A program made the translations under genes and the position numbers. 64,000 nucleotides of DNA from Fidelibacterota bacterium (GTDB taxonomy: Bacteria; Fidelibacterota; UBA2242): contig JBNGDF010000008.1 in assembly GCA_049975265.1 (NCBI GenBank), forward strand, positions 1 through 64,000. Reading direction: 5' to 3'. The notes beneath the pieces are model-generated. The model ran no database searches, was not told where the DNA came from, and was given only the letters and a program-made list of their open reading frames with translations. This document shows, in pieces, positions 52,697 through 62,142 of the stretch. The first letter of the stretch is position 1. Every line of letters begins with the position of its first letter.

Positions 52697-55600
52697 ATGT
52701 TGCGTAGACAATATATGGCGGGTGGTATTCGCTATATTCTGATTGTGATGCTTTTGATGGGTTTTACAATGACCTTTGCCCAGACCCGCAGCCGGATCGG
52801 CGGCACCGTCCGCGATGCCAAAACGGGGAGACCGCTGGTCGGCGTCAATGTCATTGTGGAAGGTACGGAACTGGGTGCCGCCACTGATGAGAACGGACAA
52901 TACATTATTATCAATGTGCCGGTGGGAACCTACCGGGTTCGGGCGTCTATGATCGGATACGAGACTATGGTCATGAAAGAGGTGCTGGTTTCGGCGGAGC
53001 GGATGACGAAGCTGGATTTTCATCTGGTTCAAACCGTCATTGAGGGCAGTGTCGTCGAAGTGACGGCAACCCGCCACGTGCTGCACAAGGAGGTTTCCAG
53101 TACCCAGATGGTGGTTACGACGGAACAGATGCAGGATGCTTCAGGCATTCGGGAGATCAATGCTTTTTTGTCGAAAATGCCCGGTGTGTCCGAGGAGAAC
53201 GGCTATCTGACGATTCGCGGCGGCTCCGCCGATCAGACCGGCATGATGATGAACGGTATTTCCTATATGAACGCCGCCGCCGGCAATGCCGAAACCAGCA
53301 TCCCCATGAGTGCGATAGAGCAGGTTGCGTTGCTCTCGGGCGGTTATAATGCCGAGTACGGAAATTTTCGCTCCGGACTGATCAATGTTACCACGAAATC
53401 AGGGACGAAAGACAGTTATCACGGTACGGTATCCTATTCCCGGGACCAACCCCATATCCGGCGGTTCGGTGGTTCCTTTTATGATCAATCATGTCCGGCT
53501 GTGGCGCCCTATATTGATCCGGAACAGTGTATGGATATGTGGATCAAAGCCGCCAATAATTTTAATCTGAGCAATCCGAAATATCCGGCGAATGCCACCG
53601 ATTATTTCTATCTCGCCAACTGGATGCACATGACGATTCCCGATTATGAGGGGCTGGCAGCGCTTTCCGATTCCGTGAAAGAGGTGATTGGTTATTATGA
53701 ACTGACCGATGAGCAGAAAAAGGCGTTTAAAGAGCACCACATGAAGGAGGAGTATTCGGACTGGAATCTGGATGGCGGATTCGGGGGTCCGTTGCCTTTT
53801 GTCGGCAAAGCGCTGGGTGATGCGACCTTTTATATTTCCCATAATTCCAAGGAACGCCACTACATCCAGCCGGTCTCCCGGAAAAGCGATCTGCTCTCCA
53901 CGACACTCCTGACCCTGAAAATGCAGCCGCTGAACAACCTGACCCTGACTCTAAACGGTTTGTATAAGCACCAGATCGGAGTCAGTCCGATCCGACCGCC
54001 CTGGGGCGATTTCCCCGATGCCAGTCGGGAGGGTGGCTTTATGCCCCAGGACAACCTCAAATTTTTCACCCGTACCCAAAATCCTGACTATTTTTACGAC
54101 CCGCCTTTCTTTCCGAAAATCGAGCAGAAAACCCTGGTGGGCGGAATTACCATCAATCATATTTTGAACAAATCAACTTTTTGGGAATTGAGTCTGAATG
54201 GCTCACAGATTCGCGATTTTTCGGAAGTTGGCAATACCCGTGATTCCACGGTCATCACCCATTTCGGACCCTTTCCGGTGACCGAGATGCCCTACGGAAA
54301 ACTTCAGTATGGCAATAACCGGATAATCGGAATTTTCGGTGAGGACACCCTGAATTATAACTATCCCTCCTATGACGCGCTGCCTGGAGTCACCAACCGT
54401 CGTTTCCGGCGCAAGGAGGGGGACCTGTATACCAATGTCAAGCTACATCAATACCGGGCGAAATTCGACCTGAATTCCCAGATCGGAATGGTGCATTATC
54501 TGAAAGCGGGGCTGGAGTACAATCTGTTTATCCTCAATCATAATCTCTGGAATAAATGGAATGAGAATTATTATAACGTTTACGAATATAACTACTACAG
54601 AAAACCGAGTCAGACGGGACTATACTTTCAGGATCAGATCACCCTGGAGTCTATCGTAGCCAATCTGGGTGTTCGTTTTGATTATTACTATGGCGGCGGC
54701 GGTGAGTGGCCTACCGGTGATCCCTTTAACGAAGAGATGTTTCTGCCCCAGAAGGTCGCCGAAGATACCGTCCTCTTCCGATATCTGGAGGAGGGCAGAT
54801 CCTACATCTGGGACCTCTGGGAAGCCTATGACGATTCGGTGGATCCCGGTTTTCTGCAACCAATCAAAAATCACTTTACCATCAGTCCCCGGATTGGAAT
54901 CTCCTTTCCCATTACGGAGAATTCGAAATTCTATTTCAATTACGGACATTTTCGCTCCAATCCGCCCTACTATTCCATGTATCTCTATCGGTATCGGTAT
55001 GATAAAAACGGGCTCTACGATATGTCCAATCCCAATCTCGATCCGCCGCGGACGATTTCCTATGAGCTGGGCGTGATGTACAATTTCTGGAAAAGCTGGC
55101 TTCTGAAAATTTCAGGATATTCCAAGGATGTGACCGGACAGCACGGGGAGGTCACCTACAAGACCAATCGCTTGGATTATGATATGTGGGTGAACAATGA
55201 ATACGAAGACATTCAAGGGATGGAGATCAATCTTTCCAAAAGCGATAACAGCTGGCTGACGGGCTGGATAAATTTCAACTATATGCTGAAAAAAGAGGGG
55301 CTCACCGGCAAAGAGGAAATCACCGAAATCACCCTGGACAATTATGCCGAGGACCTGTATCAGGGACAGGAAAGCCGGGCGTTGCCGCAACCGAAACTGA
55401 ATGCCAACATCACCTTTCGCTCGCCGGAAAAGTGGGGCCCCGCCATCGGTCGCTTTTACCCGCTGGGCAGTCTCAGTCTGACACTGTTTGGTGAATGGGA
55501 AGCTGGCGACTATTTTACGGCAAATCCAACCGGCATACCGAACCTGAACAATAATATGCAATGGCCGGATTACTACATGGTTGATCTCAAAGCCGCCAAA

Positions 55601-55951
55601 AAGATCAGGTTCGGTAAGGTCACCTCCACGATTTTTGTCGATGTCAGCAACTTTTTCAATTTCAAGGTCAGCCTGATGCACAGGGGGTACTGTTTTGCCA
55701 AGGATTCCGGTGATGATTTTGAAGATTGGCAGGACTTTCTGAATTATATCAAGACTCTGCATCTGCCGGACTGGGCATCCTCGGAATATGACAATGTCCG
55801 CAACGAAGAGGCAGGGTACTATATCCCCGGTAATGATAAAATCGGTGAACTCCGGTCTGAGAAAAAACCGTATATAGATGATCCGAATTATAGCTGCTGG
55901 ATTTACGGACAGCCGCGGGATATCTGGGTCGGTATCCGGTTTGATTTTTAG
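52697..55951 (+). CDS. TonB-dependent receptor with N-terminal carboxypeptidase-regulatory-like domain
   Basis: GTVRDAKTGRPLVGVNV...GAATDENG, IRGG, GGYNAEYG, SPRIGISFPI, C-terminal GIRFDF; start ATG 52697 after AGGAG. Confidence 0.92.
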   Translation: MLRRQYMAGGIRYILIVMLLMGFTMTFAQTRSRIGGTVRDAKTGRPLVGVNVIVEGTELGAATDENGQYIIINVPVGTYRVRASMIGYETMVMKEVLVSAERMTKLDFHLVQTVIEGSVVEVTATRHVLHKEVSSTQMVVTTEQMQDASGIREINAFLSKMPGVSEENGYLTIRGGSADQTGMMMNGISYMNAAAGNAETSIPMSAIEQVALLSGGYNAEYGNFRSGLINVTTKSGTKDSYHGTVSYSRDQPHIRRFGGSFYDQSCPAVAPYIDPEQCMDMWIKAANNFNLSNPKYPANATDYFYLANWMHMTIPDYEGLAALSDSVKEVIGYYELTDEQKKAFKEHHMKEEYSDWNLDGGFGGPLPFVGKALGDATFYISHNSKERHYIQPVSRKSDLLSTTLLTLKMQPLNNLTLTLNGLYKHQIGVSPIRPPWGDFPDASREGGFMPQDNLKFFTRTQNPDYFYDPPFFPKIEQKTLVGGITINHILNKSTFWELSLNGSQIRDFSEVGNTRDSTVITHFGPFPVTEMPYGKLQYGNNRIIGIFGEDTLNYNYPSYDALPGVTNRRFRRKEGDLYTNVKLHQYRAKFDLNSQIGMVHYLKAGLEYNLFILNHNLWNKWNENYYNVYEYNYYRKPSQTGLYFQDQITLESIVANLGVRFDYYYGGGGEWPTGDPFNEEMFLPQKVAEDTVLFRYLEEGRSYIWDLWEAYDDSVDPGFLQPIKNHFTISPRIGISFPITENSKFYFNYGHFRSNPPYYSMYLYRYRYDKNGLYDMSNPNLDPPRTISYELGVMYNFWKSWLLKISGYSKDVTGQHGEVTYKTNRLDYDMWVNNEYEDIQGMEINLSKSDNSWLTGWINFNYMLKKEGLTGKEEITEITLDNYAEDLYQGQESRALPQPKLNANITFRSPEKWGPAIGRFYPLGSLSLTLFGEWEAGDYFTANPTGIPNLNNNMQWPDYYMVDLKAAKKIRFGKVTSTIFVDVSNFFNFKVSLMHRGYCFAKDSGDDFEDWQDFLNYIKTLHLPDWASSEYDNVRNEEAGYYIPGNDKIGELRSEKKPYIDDPNYSCWIYGQPRDIWVGIRFDF

Positions 55952-55996
55952 CAAAGGAAAGAACATGACCGCCAATCATAAAGATATGGAGAGTTC

Positions 55997-58174
55997 ATGA
56001 AGGCTTTTGAAAAGAGTCGCAGATTAAAAGCGGGCGGAACGGCATTTTGGGTTGTAAGGCTGCTTCTCGTTGGAATGGTGTTCGCCCAGACGCAGCCGGA
56101 GCTGGAAACAGCCACCGTCCAGATGGGACGGGTCTGGGTCGGTGTCAAAGCCAATGGCGATAAAGGCAATTTCGAATTCCGCTACCCCTTTTTCCCCAAC
56201 GATTACGACGTACTCGGCGTGCGGGGTCAGCAACAGGATTTATGGGGCGGTGCAGGCTTCCGGCTGGTGACCACCAACTGGTGGGACCCGGTCTATCCCG
56301 ATTCGCTGCACAAAGTGGCTATTTTCGGACCGACGAACGAGTATATGCCTCAGGGAAAAGTCGTTGAAGGCGGCGAGCTGACCAATTATGCCCGCTTTGG
56401 GTATCCGGAGCAGTATGTTGATTTCGAACCGCTGTCTCTGCCGGAATTCAGTCCGACCGCTCCCGATATGCTGGGCGATTACAGTTACGATCAGGTGGTA
56501 GAGGTGACCTCGGAAAATATTCTCGGTGTGCAGCTCCGCCGCAAGCTGATGGCTTGGAGCCAGAGCCTGAATGATGATTACGTCATTCTCGATGTGGAAC
56601 TGACCAACGTCAGTGGCGATACGCTGCCCGATTTTTATATTAATGTGGAATCCAACGGGGAAAACACCTATCATTCCACTGGCTCCAATCCGACCCTGAG
56701 AGGAGAAGAGGCGATCCAGACATCCTATACCTGGCAGCACTATTACGGCGGTCGGGTCGGCGACAGCCTGCGGGTCTTTTATGAATACAGCGCTGACGAT
56801 CCCAACATTGTCGGCGATGATATGGGCAAACCGGCGATTAGCCAGAACGGGCGCCTGGTTTTTCCGAAATTTGTCTGGTATTCGATCCTGCACGCATCAG
56901 AACAGCCCTATACGAAACCGGAGGATGACGAAGATGATTTTCTGCAGCCAAAGGTGACCTACATCGGCAAAAGCAACCTGATTCCCTACAATGATGAGAG
57001 CGATGAATTCGGCAGTAAAAATTTCTGGGCGATTCGCGGCGCCTATTCAGAATTCTTACCCATGAGCGGTAATACCTGGCCGGGTACTTATCACGGGGTC
57101 AATAGCGACGAGTACAATTCGCCGGATTTTTCGGCTCTGGGCGCCGTTTCCAAAGATAATAATAATTCCAAGATGTATTCCAGCTTCGGTCCCTACACCT
57201 TTCTGCCGGGTCAGAAAATCCGGCTGGTGTTTGCCAGTGGCTATTCCGGTCTCAGTCTCGAAAAGGGCAAGGAGATCGGACGCAAGTGGCTGAACGGCAC
57301 TCTGGAAGATCCACCCAATCTACCGGATGATCATACCGGGTACCTCCCAGCCAATTTTGTTTTTCCCGCTGGCGCCACGGAAATGGACCGGCGCAAAGAC
57401 CGCTGGATCAGTACCGGAATTGATTCGGTCATGGCGAGCGCTTCCCGGGCGAAGTGGAATTTTGACCATGGCTATAAAATTCCCCTTTCACCGCCGCCGC
57501 CCAGCCGGATAGATATTACCGGTCTCGGAACGGGCGTAGAAATAAAGTGGGTAGATATAGAGGCGGAAGCCATGCCGAATTTTGCCGGCTATCGGATTTT
57601 GCGGCGGATATCCAACCTGGATTCGGTCTTTTATGATGTTGTCTACAATTCTGATTCCGATGATAAGGCGGCGGAACATCTTTTTGTTGACACTACGGTC
57701 GTTGTGGGCGCGCAGTATTACTACTATGTACAGGCAAAAGCCCGCGTTGCACCGGATGATCTGACCGCCCATGCTTCGACGCGCGGAAAGATCATGTACA
57801 GTAACCGGGTGCTGCATCCCAATCTGACGCCGGTGTTTCCGCCCTATTTCTCCCAGGACGACCTCAGCAAAATCCGGATTGTCCCGAATCCCTACAATAT
57901 CAACGATCCGCTCTTACGTGATGTCGGATGGACCGATCGCCGCGGCTTGATGTTTCTGAATCTGCCTCCGGAGGTGACTATCAAAATCTTCACTGAAAAC
58001 GGCGACTGGGTGCAGACGCTGGAACATTACAGCCCGCCCACTGTGCTCGCCGGCAATAAATTCTGGGATATGATCACCCGCAACCAGCAGGTGATTCACA
58101 GCGGGGTCTATATTGCGGTTTTTGAGACGCCGGACGGGCAGACATCCATGCAAAAATTTCTGGTAATCCGTTGA
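55997..58174 (+). CDS. Secreted protein of unknown function with FN3-like domain and IVPNPY-type C-terminal sorting domain
   Basis: Signal peptide without lipobox Cys; PPPPS...GYRILR...YYYYVQA; IRIVPNPY...FLNLP...IKIFT..G...WDMITRNQQVIHSGVY...KFLVIR. Confidence 0.75.
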   Translation: MKAFEKSRRLKAGGTAFWVVRLLLVGMVFAQTQPELETATVQMGRVWVGVKANGDKGNFEFRYPFFPNDYDVLGVRGQQQDLWGGAGFRLVTTNWWDPVYPDSLHKVAIFGPTNEYMPQGKVVEGGELTNYARFGYPEQYVDFEPLSLPEFSPTAPDMLGDYSYDQVVEVTSENILGVQLRRKLMAWSQSLNDDYVILDVELTNVSGDTLPDFYINVESNGENTYHSTGSNPTLRGEEAIQTSYTWQHYYGGRVGDSLRVFYEYSADDPNIVGDDMGKPAISQNGRLVFPKFVWYSILHASEQPYTKPEDDEDDFLQPKVTYIGKSNLIPYNDESDEFGSKNFWAIRGAYSEFLPMSGNTWPGTYHGVNSDEYNSPDFSALGAVSKDNNNSKMYSSFGPYTFLPGQKIRLVFASGYSGLSLEKGKEIGRKWLNGTLEDPPNLPDDHTGYLPANFVFPAGATEMDRRKDRWISTGIDSVMASASRAKWNFDHGYKIPLSPPPPSRIDITGLGTGVEIKWVDIEAEAMPNFAGYRILRRISNLDSVFYDVVYNSDSDDKAAEHLFVDTTVVVGAQYYYYVQAKARVAPDDLTAHASTRGKIMYSNRVLHPNLTPVFPPYFSQDDLSKIRIVPNPYNINDPLLRDVGWTDRRGLMFLNLPPEVTIKIFTENGDWVQTLEHYSPPTVLAGNKFWDMITRNQQVIHSGVYIAVFETPDGQTSMQKFLVIR

Positions 58175-58194
58175 TGTGCAAAGGAGAAGAATCA

Positions 58195-59211
58195 ATGCGA
58201 CTCAATAAAATGACCGGATATGTACTGATTTTACTCTTTGTGTCTTTTACGCTGACGGATGCCCAGGTGGGTCTGAAAAAGGTGGCGCAGAGCACTATGA
58301 ATTTTCAGCTGGTCAGCGTCTCGCCGCGTGCCAGCGCGCTGGGTGAAGCCTTCATTACCCTGGGCACCGGTGCCGAGAGTATCTTTTTCAATCCCGCCGG
58401 AATCGCCGAATCTGAAAATCGTCTGGATGTCAAACTGTACATGACCCACTGGATTGCGGATATTGATTACTTAGCCGGTGCGCTCAGCTGGAATCTGGGA
58501 ACTTACGGTACAGTGGGACTGAGCGCTCTGAGTGTGGATTACGGTACCATCTACGGGACGAGTCTGGTATCCGGTACTGAGATGGTACACTATCCGGCTG
58601 GCTACCGGGATTTGGGAACGGTCAGCAATGTCGGTGCCTATTCGGTGGGTGTCTCTTATGGAAAAGCCGTCAGCACGCAGTTTTTTATCGGCGGCAATGT
58701 TCGTCTGGCAGGTCAGAATCTCGGACAGAGCTATCTGGAATCCGGACGGAAGGACAATAACGCCACCAGACTGGTTTTCGACGCCGGCGTGAAATATTAT
58801 ACCGGTCTGCGCAGTTTTCGCTTTGGAATGGCGATCCGCAATTTTTCTTCCAATATCAAGCGGGAACGGATTTACGAGCAGCTGCCGCTGATCTTTATCA
58901 TGGGTGCCGCTATTGATCTGTTTGAAATGGTGTCACCGGGTGGGGAACGAAACAGCAACCTGACATTGGCGGTGGATTTTTTACATCCCAATAATTACTC
59001 CGAGCGGATGAATATCGGACTCGAATATCTGGCTTTCGGAAGGCTGGCATTAAGAGCCGGGTATCAGACCAACCAGGATGTGGCTTCCTGGTCGGCGGGC
59101 TTGGGGGTCAATGCCAACCTCGCCGGCAGGACGGTGGCGTTTGACTATTCCTATTCCAATTTTGATATCTTTGATGGGGTCAATCGCCTCTCAATCGGAT
59201 TTAATTTTTAA
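58195..59211 (+). CDS. PorV/PorQ-like outer-membrane beta-barrel
   Basis: F..VSVSPRASALGEAF...IFFNPAG, LRAGY, FDYSY, C-terminal IGFNF. Confidence 0.85.
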   Translation: MRLNKMTGYVLILLFVSFTLTDAQVGLKKVAQSTMNFQLVSVSPRASALGEAFITLGTGAESIFFNPAGIAESENRLDVKLYMTHWIADIDYLAGALSWNLGTYGTVGLSALSVDYGTIYGTSLVSGTEMVHYPAGYRDLGTVSNVGAYSVGVSYGKAVSTQFFIGGNVRLAGQNLGQSYLESGRKDNNATRLVFDAGVKYYTGLRSFRFGMAIRNFSSNIKRERIYEQLPLIFIMGAAIDLFEMVSPGGERNSNLTLAVDFLHPNNYSERMNIGLEYLAFGRLALRAGYQTNQDVASWSAGLGVNANLAGRTVAFDYSYSNFDIFDGVNRLSIGFNF

Positions 59212-59224
59212 CGAGCTGATTCTA

Positions 59225-60439
59225 ATGAAGCTTCAACATCGCATCACTATTTCAGCGCTAGCGGGTCTGATTCTGATTACCTGCGTGCAATTTTGCGGCG
59301 GACGGCTGCAGAGTGACTATCTGAGCTGGGCAACCCGCACAGCCGATTCCTTTATTGAGCGTGCGCCGGATTACAAAATTACCTACGAAGAAAATCGCGC
59401 CAAGCACAAATGGCATTACGAGCAGGGCTTGATGCTGAACGCACTGCACAGACTCTGGCATATGACAGGGGATCGGTGTTATTTTGACTTTATCCGGCAG
59501 AATATCGATCTGTATGTCCAGGAAGATGGCTCGATCCTGACCTATGATCAGGAGGATTTCAAGCTGGATGATATCGGTCCGGGAAGAACATTGCTGCGAC
59601 TCTACGAGGAGGTCGGTGACGAAAAGTATCACAAGGCGGCACAGCGGCTGCGTCGCCAGCTGGAGAGGCAACCACGCACGTCGGCGGGCGGTTTCTGGCA
59701 TAAGAAAATTTATTCCTGGCAGATGTGGCTGGATGGACTCTATATGGCGGCGCCCTTTTATGCGGAATATGAAAAAAGATTTGCCGCATCGCCGGATTAC
59801 GCCGATGTCGTTCGGCAATTCCGGCTGATCTATACACAAACCCGTGATCCTGAAACCGGTTTGCTGTATCACGGCTGGGATGAGAAGCGGCAGCAGATCT
59901 GGGCGAATCCACAGACCGGATTGTCATCGCATTTCTGGGGGCGTGGTCTCGGCTGGTATATGATGGCGCTGGTGGATGTACTGGAGATTTTACCGGCGGA
60001 GACAACCGGCAGGGAGAATCTGTTGAAGCAACTGAATGATCTTGCACAAGCCATATTAAAGGTGCGGGATCCGGAGTCAAAAGTCTGGTATCAGGTGCTG
60101 GACCAGGGGGATCGTGAGGGCAACTATCTGGAATCTTCCGCTTCGGCGATGTTCATTTATAGTTTTGCCAAAGGTGCGAATAAAGGCTACCTGCCGGCTG
60201 AGTATCGCAAAATTGCCAAAGAATCCTTTCGGGGCTTTATCGCTGAATTCGTCCATGTGAATGAGGACGGTTTGGTGGATGTGCGGCACGTCTGCTCCGG
60301 TGCCGGTTTGGGCGGTAAGCAGCAGCGCGACGGCAGCTTTGAATATTATATCAGCGAACCGCAGCGCACCAACGACTGCAAAGCCGTGGGTCCTTTTATT
60401 TTGGCGGCGCTGGAACTGACGAAAGGACGCGGGAAGTAG
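59225..60439 (+). CDS. GH105 (GH88/105) unsaturated rhamnogalacturonyl/galacturonyl hydrolase
   Basis: WHYEQG, LDDIGPG, GGFWHKKIY..QMWLDGLYM, HGWDE, WGRGLGW, ESSASAM; start ATG 59225. Confidence 0.93.
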   Translation: MKLQHRITISALAGLILITCVQFCGGRLQSDYLSWATRTADSFIERAPDYKITYEENRAKHKWHYEQGLMLNALHRLWHMTGDRCYFDFIRQNIDLYVQEDGSILTYDQEDFKLDDIGPGRTLLRLYEEVGDEKYHKAAQRLRRQLERQPRTSAGGFWHKKIYSWQMWLDGLYMAAPFYAEYEKRFAASPDYADVVRQFRLIYTQTRDPETGLLYHGWDEKRQQIWANPQTGLSSHFWGRGLGWYMMALVDVLEILPAETTGRENLLKQLNDLAQAILKVRDPESKVWYQVLDQGDREGNYLESSASAMFIYSFAKGANKGYLPAEYRKIAKESFRGFIAEFVHVNEDGLVDVRHVCSGAGLGGKQQRDGSFEYYISEPQRTNDCKAVGPFILAALELTKGRGK

Positions 60440-60442
60440 TAG

Positions 60443-62044
60443 ATGAACCGGTACGGCTATATCGGGTACTTATTTCTCGGAGCGGTCATGCTGGTGATCG
60501 TGTTAAACTGTGCCAGAGAAACCACTACCTATAGCAATCCCATCATTCATGCCGATTATTCCGATCCGGATGTCATTCGTGTCGGGGACGATTTTTATAT
60601 GGTGTCATCCAGTTTCGCCCATACGCCGGGGTTACCGGTTCTGCAATCGAAGGATTTAGTGAACTGGAAAATTATCGGTCACGCAATAGAGAATTTGCCA
60701 CACAGAATTTACGAGAAACCGCAGCACGGGAAAGGCGTCTGGGCGCCGAGTATCCGGTACTATCAGGGCGAGTTCCGGATTTATTACGGTGATCCCGATT
60801 TCGGGATTTACATGGTTCGCGCTAAAAATCCCGCCGGTCCCTGGAAAAGACCGGTATTAATAAAAGCCGCCCAAGGGCGCATCGATCCCTGCCCCTTCTG
60901 GGATGATGACGGCAGCGGTTACCTGGTCCACGCCTGGGCGAAAAGCCGTTCCGGATTCAACAGCATTCTTACACTCTGCCGCCTGAATGAAGACGGGACC
61001 CGGATCACCGACGAGGGAACCACGATTTTCGATGGGCACACAAATCATCCGACCATCGAGGGACCGAAAATGTACAAACGGGATGGTTTTTACTATATCT
61101 TCGCCCCGGCGGGTGGTGTGAAGGAGGGCTGGCAGACGGTGCTGCGTTCGAAAAATATCTACGGTCCCTATGAGGATAAGATTGTTCTCGAGCAGGGCAG
61201 CACCAGGATCAACGGTCCGCATCAGGGTGCCTGGGTGCAGACCCAAGCCAGGGAATCGTGGTTTATCCATTTTCAGGATAAGGCTGCCTATGGACGGATT
61301 GTTCATCTGAATCCGGTGAAATGGGTTGCCGGCTGGCCGGTCATGGGAACAGATTTCGATGGCAACGGTATCGGCGAACCGGTGGCGGAATACAGGCTGC
61401 CATTGCCGGATGAAAAGGAAATCTTTGAAATTCAGACCGGTGATGAGTTTGAATCTGAGAACCTGGGACTGCAGTGGCAGTGGCAAGCCAATCATTCAGA
61501 TGAGTGGTATTCGCTTACCGACAAGCCGGGTTATCTGCGGCTGTATTCTGTTGAATTGCCGGAAGATAACGAAAATCTGTGGGATGTCGCAGCGATTCCG
61601 GCTCAGAAATTTCCGGCGGAAGAATTCGAAGTCACGACACGGTTGAGTCTCATGAGTGCCGGCGGAGACAGAGCCGGACTGGTGGTAATCGGATTGGATT
61701 ATGCTTGTCTCGCAATCTCCCGCAACGGCGCTGATTATTTTCTCACCTTTGCCGAATGTAAAAACGCAGACGCCGGGACAGCCGAAGTGGTTGTCGAGAG
61801 GATTCCGGTGCAGAATGCGGAGATTTTTCTCGGCGTTGCCGTTCGGAAAGGGGGACGCTGTTCCTTCAAATACAGCGAAGACGGTGCCCGATTCCATTCC
61901 ATCGGGCGGGAATTCCAGGCGCGCAAGGGTAAATGGGTTGGCGCTAAAGTCGGGTTGTTTTGTGCCCGCCAGGGTAACAAAAGCGGCGGCTATGTGGATA
62001 TTGATTTTTTCAGAATCGACCCTGGAGATCAGGGAAATGTATAA
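60443..62044 (+). CDS. GH43 glycoside hydrolase (beta-xylosidase/arabinosidase-like) with C-terminal ConA-like domain, possible lipoprotein
   Basis: NPIIHADYSDPDV, WAPSI, IDPCPFWD, IEGPK, HQGAWV; N-terminal VLNC. Confidence 0.93.
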   Translation: MNRYGYIGYLFLGAVMLVIVLNCARETTTYSNPIIHADYSDPDVIRVGDDFYMVSSSFAHTPGLPVLQSKDLVNWKIIGHAIENLPHRIYEKPQHGKGVWAPSIRYYQGEFRIYYGDPDFGIYMVRAKNPAGPWKRPVLIKAAQGRIDPCPFWDDDGSGYLVHAWAKSRSGFNSILTLCRLNEDGTRITDEGTTIFDGHTNHPTIEGPKMYKRDGFYYIFAPAGGVKEGWQTVLRSKNIYGPYEDKIVLEQGSTRINGPHQGAWVQTQARESWFIHFQDKAAYGRIVHLNPVKWVAGWPVMGTDFDGNGIGEPVAEYRLPLPDEKEIFEIQTGDEFESENLGLQWQWQANHSDEWYSLTDKPGYLRLYSVELPEDNENLWDVAAIPAQKFPAEEFEVTTRLSLMSAGGDRAGLVVIGLDYACLAISRNGADYFLTFAECKNADAGTAEVVVERIPVQNAEIFLGVAVRKGGRCSFKYSEDGARFHSIGREFQARKGKWVGAKVGLFCARQGNKSGGYVDIDFFRIDPGDQGNV

Positions 62045-62142
62045 AGCAGGAGCCATGCTGTTTCTTGGCAGAATAAAAAAAAGGAGGGAAAGATGAAGGA
62101 AAGAGTTATCGGAATGAATATTTTACAAAAGAGGAGGTTAAG

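Noticed and set aside
59078..59224. N-terminal extension of the GH105 ORF
   Set aside because: Overlaps the PorV-like gene; the signal peptide begins at ATG 59225
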